In this document: in pieces, positions 7,379-12,984 of the stretch
How positions within the stretch are numbered: the first letter of the stretch is position 1
How the letters are laid out: every line of letters begins with the position of its first letter
DNA from: Candidatus Zixiibacteriota bacterium
Lineage (GTDB): Bacteria > Zixibacteria > MSB-5A5 > UBA10806 > 4484-95
DNA: 12,984 bases
Reading direction: 5' to 3'
NCBI GenBank assembly: GCA_029932605.1
Contig: JAOZPT010000060.1
Coordinates: 1 to 12,984 of the forward strand
Made by a program: the position numbers and the translations under genes
Notes under the pieces: model-generated
Database searches by the model: none
The model's input: the letters and a program-made list of their open reading frames with translations, nothing else
What the model was told of the DNA's origin: nothing

Positions 7379-8433
7379 AGATTGCTGTCTTAATGGGTGG
7401 TACTTCTGCAGAACGCGATGTCTCGTTGGCTTCAGGTGCCGGTGTGGTTGAGGGTTTGAGAGCTGCTGGCCATGATGTAATTCCCATAGATACAGCTAGA
7501 GGTTATGAAACTTTAAAAGGTGAAGATGTAAAAAATATTAGTGGTATTAAAGCTGAACCTCCCTCAGTTGAAGAGCTTCAGAAATATGCCGGAGAACTTT
7601 CCATTGAGGCTGTGAAATCTCCTGATTTACGAGATGTTGACGTGGTCTTTATCATCCTTCACGGTGGCTCTGGTGAAGATGGCACCATCCAGGCACTTTT
7701 AGACCTTGTGAATATACCATATACGGGTTCAGGGGTTTTGGGCTCGGCCATAGCTATGAATAAGCAAATGGCCAAGAATATTTTTATCGCCAACGAGATA
7801 CCTACACCCGAGTTTTTCGTTATAGATTATGAACAAAACCTGTCTATTGATTCGGTTGATAAAAGGATAGAATCAAGTATTGGCTATCCTGTTATGATTA
7901 AACCGAACAATCAGGGATCATCAGTAGGATTATCTTTTGTCAAGAGTAAAGATGAATTAAAAAGAGCCCTTGATGTTGGATTGCAGTATGATAACAGGTT
8001 ACTCTTTGAAAAATATATCAAGGGACGTGAGTTTACCGTTAGCATACTGGGGGATGAGGTCTTACCGTTGTTCGAGGTTATTCCGGAGAGCGGGTTATAT
8101 GATTACGAGCACAAATATACATCAGGAAAGACTAAGTATGTATGTCCGGTGGATTTGCCGGCTGACCTACAGGAGTTGATAAACTCATTGGGGATGAAAG
8201 CATTTAAGGCTTTAGACTGCACTGGCTTTGGTAGGGTGGATTTCCGGTTATCTGAAACTAATAAACCATATTGCCTCGAGGTGAATACGCTTCCCGGTAT
8301 GACGAAAACATCGCTTGTGCCAAAAGCCGCTAAAGCTGCCGGTATCGAATTTCCTCAGCTTTTAGAGAAAATATGCGGGATTGCGGTTGATGATTATAAG
8401 CGACGAAGATTAAAAGCAGGTAGAAAAATTTGA
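7375..8433 (+). CDS. ddl: D-alanine--D-alanine ligase
   Basis: GGTSAERDVSLASG, LHGGSGEDGTIQ, PYTGSG, KPNNQGSSVG, YDYEHKY, GRVDF, LEVNTLPGMT. Confidence 0.97.
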   Translation: MKIAVLMGGTSAERDVSLASGAGVVEGLRAAGHDVIPIDTARGYETLKGEDVKNISGIKAEPPSVEELQKYAGELSIEAVKSPDLRDVDVVFIILHGGSGEDGTIQALLDLVNIPYTGSGVLGSAIAMNKQMAKNIFIANEIPTPEFFVIDYEQNLSIDSVDKRIESSIGYPVMIKPNNQGSSVGLSFVKSKDELKRALDVGLQYDNRLLFEKYIKGREFTVSILGDEVLPLFEVIPESGLYDYEHKYTSGKTKYVCPVDLPADLQELINSLGMKAFKALDCTGFGRVDFRLSETNKPYCLEVNTLPGMTKTSLVPKAAKAAGIEFPQLLEKICGIAVDDYKRRRLKAGRKI

Positions 8434-9155
8434 AATTCAAAGCCGTATTATTTGACCTTGGAAGTACCCTTATCGAATATGAGAACCATGACTGGCCGAC
8501 TCTTGGTAAAATGGGTTTGGTGAATGCTTACCCGTATATGAAAAAGATTTTTCCTGAGTTGCCTGAATTAAGTCAATTTGGCGAAAATTTTTATCGAAAC
8601 CTCCGTTACATATTAGATAACGAACGGCCTGGCTATATCGAGATTGACATTTATAATGCTTGCAATAGAATTTTCAAACGAATGGGATTGGCTTTAAAAG
8701 ATGGTTTGGTCGAGGAGTTCGTCGAATTGTATTATAAACCGGTAACAGAACAGATAACCGTTATCCCCGGTGCGGTTGAGATTCTAAGTAAGATAAAAAA
8801 ATCCGATATAACAATTGGTCTTGTCTCCAACTCGATTTTTCCGGAAAAGTTCCACCTTGAGGAGATGGAGAATTTTGGATTGCGCGAGTATTTCGATTTT
8901 GTGATATTTTCCAGCAGCGTCGGTACGAGAAAACCGGGGAAGGATATTTTTAATATGGCACTGAGAAATGCCAGAACCGAACCGTCACAAGCGATATATA
9001 TAGGGGATAAGTTTGATGTTGATATCTATGGGGCAAAAAATGCCGGGCTTGTTGCGGTCTGGAAATACCATAAGGGAAGAGAAAACCCTGAGAATATCGA
9101 GCCCGATTATTCAATCGTTAATCTTGGTGAATTGGAGACGATAATTTTACAATAA
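8430..9155 (+). CDS. HAD-superfamily hydrolase (subfamily IA-like), substrate unknown
   Basis: Motif I LFDLGSTL, motif II VSN, motif III RKP, motif IV IGDKFDVDIYGAKNAG. TTG start overlaps the ddl stop (TTGA). Confidence 0.9.
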   Translation: MKFKAVLFDLGSTLIEYENHDWPTLGKMGLVNAYPYMKKIFPELPELSQFGENFYRNLRYILDNERPGYIEIDIYNACNRIFKRMGLALKDGLVEEFVELYYKPVTEQITVIPGAVEILSKIKKSDITIGLVSNSIFPEKFHLEEMENFGLREYFDFVIFSSSVGTRKPGKDIFNMALRNARTEPSQAIYIGDKFDVDIYGAKNAGLVAVWKYHKGRENPENIEPDYSIVNLGELETIILQ

Positions 9156-9164
9156 GGAGGAATT

Positions 9165-10235
9165 GTGGATAAGACCGAGCAACTTTTAGCTGACCTAACA
9201 AACGCACACGGTGTGCCGGGATTTGAGGAAGAGATTGCCGAGGTTATGGTCAATCACCTTGAAGCCGCCGATGAGATAACCTACGACAAACTGGGTAGTA
9301 TTATTGCCCGTAAACGGGGTAGCTCGGATACTCCAAGGGTGATGATTGCCGGGCACTTGGATGAGATTGGTTTCATGGTCAAGGAGATTACAGACCAGGG
9401 TTATATTAAATTTCTTCCCCTTGGTGGATGGTGGGGGCATGTAGCCTTGGCCCAGCGAGTGATAATCAAAACCTCAAAGGGTGATATCCTCGGCGTGATA
9501 GGGTCGAAACCCCCTCATGTTCTTAAAGAAGATGAGCGCAAAAAGGTGCTGGACCTTAATGATATGTATATCGATGTCGGCGTAACCGAGAAAACCAATG
9601 TTAAAAGACTTGGAATTCGTCCGGGTGACCCGATAGTGCCTGATACAAAGTTTACGAGAATGCATGACCCCAAGGTTTATCTGAATAAAGCTTTCGATAA
9701 TAGAATTGGAGTGGCTGCTGCAGTGGCAGTAGTAAACAAGCTGAAAAACATAAGGCATCCCAATACGGTATTCGGAGTGGGCACGGTTCAGGAGGAAGTT
9801 GGTTTACGTGGAGCAGGCACAGCCGCCTATGCGGTTAACCCTGATGTCGCTTTCGTGGCTGATGTTTCGTTGGCGGCCGATGGCCCTGGCTCTGAAAAAT
9901 CTCAGAAAGCAAAGCTTGGTTCTGGACCATCGATTACAGTTTATGATGCAGGTATGATTCCCAACAGAAGGTTAAGGGATCTGGTGATTGAAACAGCTGA
10001 AAAACAAAAAATACCTTATCACCTTACGGCTCTGGGAAGGGGGCGCACTGATGGTGGTATGATCCATATCTCACGGGTTGGCGTGCCCTGCATCTATATG
10101 GGGGTGGCTACGCGGTATATCCATAGCCATACAAGTATCATTCATCGAAATGATTTTGATAACCTGGTCAAACTGTTGATTGCCGTTATCAAAAAACTTG
10201 ATGGGAAAACAGTGAGAAGTTTAAGCAAGAGGTAA
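9165..10235 (+). CDS. M42 family (TET-like) metallo-aminopeptidase
   Basis: GVPGFE, AGHLDEIG, LGGWW, KAFDNR, QEEVGLRGA, ADV and RYIHS supply the metal ligands and catalytic Glu. GTG start with AGGAGG upstream. Confidence 0.95.
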   Translation: MDKTEQLLADLTNAHGVPGFEEEIAEVMVNHLEAADEITYDKLGSIIARKRGSSDTPRVMIAGHLDEIGFMVKEITDQGYIKFLPLGGWWGHVALAQRVIIKTSKGDILGVIGSKPPHVLKEDERKKVLDLNDMYIDVGVTEKTNVKRLGIRPGDPIVPDTKFTRMHDPKVYLNKAFDNRIGVAAAVAVVNKLKNIRHPNTVFGVGTVQEEVGLRGAGTAAYAVNPDVAFVADVSLAADGPGSEKSQKAKLGSGPSITVYDAGMIPNRRLRDLVIETAEKQKIPYHLTALGRGRTDGGMIHISRVGVPCIYMGVATRYIHSHTSIIHRNDFDNLVKLLIAVIKKLDGKTVRSLSKR

Positions 10236-10236
10236 A

Positions 10237-11652
10237 ATGGCATTAATATTTTTTAACACATATAGCCGGCGTAGAGAAGAGTTCAAACCGATTGAGAGCG
10301 GGCATGTCCGTATGTACACTTGCGGACCTACTGTATATGGCCCGGCTCATCTGGGTAATTTCAGAACTTATATGTTCGAAGACCTCTTAAGACGTTTCCT
10401 GATTTACAAAGGGTATAAAGTAACCCAGGTGATGAACCTTACGGATGTGGACGATAAAACCATACGTGACTCAAACGCTCGGGGTATTTCTCTGGAAGAA
10501 CATACGATAGAGTATAAGGAGATGTTTTTCCGTGACATCGACCGTTTAAATATCCAGCGGGCAGAATATTATCCGTCAGCTACTGAACACATCAATGAAA
10601 TGGTTGAACTTGTGCAAAAACTGTTAGATAAGGGGCATGCTTACAAATCCGGTGGTTCTGTTTATTACAGGATATCGACATTCCCTGAATACGGCGCTCT
10701 TTCTCATATGAAACTGGAAAAGTTAAAGGAAGGTTCGCGTATCGACTCGGATGAATACGAAAAGGAGACAGCATCAGACTTTGCCCTCTGGAAAGCCTGG
10801 GAGCCCGACGACGGAAACGTTTTCTGGGAAACGCCTTTGGGTAAAGGTCGACCCGGATGGCACATCGAATGCTCTGCTATGAGCATGAAATACTTAGGGG
10901 AGACGTTTGATATCCATACCGGAGGAGTGGATAATATCTTTCCTCATCACGAAAATGAGATTGCCCAGTCGGAAGGTGCCACGGGCAAGAAGTTTGTCAA
11001 TTACTGGCTTCACAGCGAACATCTTATTATCGAGGGTAAAAAAATGGCCAAGTCTGAAGGCAATTTTTATACTCTTCAGGATTTGGTAGATAGGGGAGAA
11101 AATTTGTCTGCTGTACGATACCTGCTTTTGTCAACTTATTACCGCCAGCAGCTTAATTTCACTTTCGAGGCTTTAAACGCGGCCAAGAACGCCATAACCC
11201 GATTGCGTGATTTCCGCGATATTATAAACAACGTGTGCCGGGAAAAATCAAATACCAGCACTAAAATTAATCCTGAAGTTGAAACTATCGCTCAAACGGC
11301 TCTCGGTAGATTTGAGACCTCCCTCGATGATGACCTCAATATCTCGCCAGCCTTGGCAGCTGTTTTTGATTTCGTCAAAAGTATAAATGTCATTCGTGAA
11401 AAGTCCGGCCTATCGGTAGCCGATGCACAGATAGTTGAAGAGGCTTTAAAGAAATTCGATTCGGTGCTGGGCGTGATTTATGTCGCTGAAGAGGCTATAG
11501 ATGAGGAAATCGAGCGACTTATAGAAAAACGTAACCAGGCCCGTCGAAACAAAGATTTTACTGAAGCTGACAGAATCAGGGATGAACTTGATAAAATGGG
11601 AATAACTCTGGAGGATACCTCGAGCGGAACTCACTGGAAACGGAAATTGTGA
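10237..11652 (+). CDS. cysS: Cysteine--tRNA ligase
   Basis: CGPTVY, HIGH-like HLGN, TDVDDK, DFALWK, GRPGWHIECSAM, FPHHENE, KMSKS-like KMAKS, DDDLN, ADRIRDEL. Confidence 0.98.
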   Translation: MALIFFNTYSRRREEFKPIESGHVRMYTCGPTVYGPAHLGNFRTYMFEDLLRRFLIYKGYKVTQVMNLTDVDDKTIRDSNARGISLEEHTIEYKEMFFRDIDRLNIQRAEYYPSATEHINEMVELVQKLLDKGHAYKSGGSVYYRISTFPEYGALSHMKLEKLKEGSRIDSDEYEKETASDFALWKAWEPDDGNVFWETPLGKGRPGWHIECSAMSMKYLGETFDIHTGGVDNIFPHHENEIAQSEGATGKKFVNYWLHSEHLIIEGKKMAKSEGNFYTLQDLVDRGENLSAVRYLLLSTYYRQQLNFTFEALNAAKNAITRLRDFRDIINNVCREKSNTSTKINPEVETIAQTALGRFETSLDDDLNISPALAAVFDFVKSINVIREKSGLSVADAQIVEEALKKFDSVLGVIYVAEEAIDEEIERLIEKRNQARRNKDFTEADRIRDELDKMGITLEDTSSGTHWKRKL

Positions 11653-11677
11653 AAAACACATTTTATAGTCAAACTGC

Positions 11678-11706
11678 AAGGACGGTTCCTATGGCCGTCC
11701 TTTTTT
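11678..11706 (+). terminator. Rho-independent terminator of the operon
   Basis: GGACGG(11680-11685)/CCGTCC(11695-11700) stem, extendable by AA/TT and G.U pairs, followed by TTTTTT. Lies 25 nt after the cysS stop. Confidence 0.88.
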
Positions 11707-11791
11707 GTGTTTTGTGAACCACGATTCCCGAAACCCTCAATTGCATATCTAACATTTTTCATTTAACGGTTAAATTGCCGATAAGGTTAAT

Positions 11792-12685
11792 ATGAATGTT
11801 TTATTAATTCTCCTTATATTGTCTGCTGGCGATTATAACGATCCGGCGCGGATTGCCGAACTGGAGGCTACCGCCATGCAAAAACCTGATGATTTGACAT
11901 CCAGATTAAAGTTGGCAGAGATATTTATAAAGCAGGGGAATTATACAGAAGCCGAAAGATATTTGAAGCAGGCTCATATCGTTGATTCAACCTCGGCAGA
12001 GTTACTATTTCTGTGGGGGATGTTTTACGATTCTCAGGATAATATACCGGCTGCTTTGCAGAAATATTTATCAGCTGTAGAATATGATTCGACACAGAGC
12101 CAGGCCTGGCGAAAGCTTGGTTATCTATACGAGATTACCTGCAATTATGAAGCGATGTTGGGTTGCTTTAAAAAGGCGCTTGTTACAACAGATGACTCCT
12201 CCGGCGTTTATTACGATATGGGGGTAACATATGATTATCTGGATAGTATAGTTTTGGCTCTTGAGAGTTATTATAAAGCCTTGAAGACAGGAGCGGGTTT
12301 CCCTGAGGTTTATTTTAATATCGGCGTCGATTGGGGATTGGCTGGTTATTCCGATTCCGCATTTTACTATTTTTCAAAGGTCCTCAATATGCTGGACTCT
12401 ACCCATACAGATTTCCAAATTTCAAAATTGTATTATAATATTGGTATTCTTATGATGGAATCAGGCGTCTATGAACAGGCGATGGATAATTTCATGAAAA
12501 CACTTTCTTATGACCCGGATTTCTCTCCGGCCAAGCTCCAATTGGGTTATCTCTATGAGATCATGGGTGATACCGGTCTGGCAAAGGTTTATTTTAATGA
12601 GTTTGTACAGACTGCCCCCATTATTTACCTTGATGATATAAATAAAATTAAAGAAAAACTGAATAAACATAACCACAATAAATAG
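11792..12685 (+). CDS. Tetratricopeptide repeat protein, probably exported
   Basis: Repeated TPR-like helix pairs (AWRKLGYLY, VYYDMGVTY, VYFNIGVDW, LYYNIGILM, AKLQLGYLY...GDTGLAKVYF). Short hydrophobic N-terminus MNVLLILLILSAG. Confidence 0.88.
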   Translation: MNVLLILLILSAGDYNDPARIAELEATAMQKPDDLTSRLKLAEIFIKQGNYTEAERYLKQAHIVDSTSAELLFLWGMFYDSQDNIPAALQKYLSAVEYDSTQSQAWRKLGYLYEITCNYEAMLGCFKKALVTTDDSSGVYYDMGVTYDYLDSIVLALESYYKALKTGAGFPEVYFNIGVDWGLAGYSDSAFYYFSKVLNMLDSTHTDFQISKLYYNIGILMMESGVYEQAMDNFMKTLSYDPDFSPAKLQLGYLYEIMGDTGLAKVYFNEFVQTAPIIYLDDINKIKEKLNKHNHNK

Positions 12686-12890
12686 TATTTTTTTTCTAAT
12701 TAAACACATCTTTTTTATAGAATAAATTTAATTCTACGAATATAACCCGAGATCAGCACATATTGAACTTAATTATACAATTGCTTGATGTATGTTTTAT
12801 AATATAAAGGCATTGAACCCGGGATATAAAATTGCTTGGATAATTTAAAAGCGGTGGTTGTTAATTTTAAAGCTTATAGGGAGGTTAATT

Positions 12891-12984
12891 ATGAATAAAT
12901 ATAGCATTATTATTGTTATAGTGGTTTTTCTTATAACCGTCAGCGTACTGGCGCAATCACCGGGTGTCCAGATGGGGACGACCT
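12891..12984 (+). CDS. Secreted protein, N-terminal fragment (runs off the window)
   Basis: AGGGAGGT at 12878-12885, ATG 12891, MNKYSIIIVIVVFLITVSVLA|QSPGVQMGTT, a classic Sec signal peptide. Too short for the supplied ORF track. Confidence 0.8.
   Translation, partial: MNKYSIIIVIVVFLITVSVLAQSPGVQMGTT

Noticed and set aside
7375..8433. Ligase as a VanA/VanB-type D-Ala-D-Lac resistance enzyme
   Set aside because: The omega loop reads YDYEHKY as in ordinary D-Ala-D-Ala ligases, and no vanH, vanX or vanRS genes are adjacent.
329..12709. Antisense and alternate-frame ORFs in the track (e.g. 1307-1633, 2837-3088, 4718-5044, 9474-9758, 12461-12709)
   Set aside because: They overlap better-supported + strand genes and show no recognisable motifs, so they are treated as shadow ORFs.

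Overview
The window has three parts. (1) 1-~1300: an AT-rich accessory stretch of three short + strand ORFs (a 5'-truncated secreted hypothetical, a 54-aa ORF or fragment, and a zinc-ribbon protein). They are separated by five related hairpins, consensus GTYRGGTS-loop-SACCYRAC, most with a GTGC-like 5' foot. These form one singlet and two inverted doublets, resembling REP/REPIN elements. (2) 1413-11652: a tightly coupled 13-gene housekeeping superoperon (yebC/pmpR, ruvC, ruvA, ruvB, DUF2905, queA, ispD, ispF, dedA, ddl, HAD hydrolase, M42 aminopeptidase, cysS) with a good sigma70-type promoter upstream and an intrinsic terminator downstream. (3) 11792-end: a TPR protein and the first 31 codons of a secreted protein. 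No tRNA, rRNA, CRISPR array, integrase or transposase was recognised. The best candidate for something undescribed is the hairpin family punctuating the small-ORF array. Gene calls come from motif recognition by eye, not database searches.
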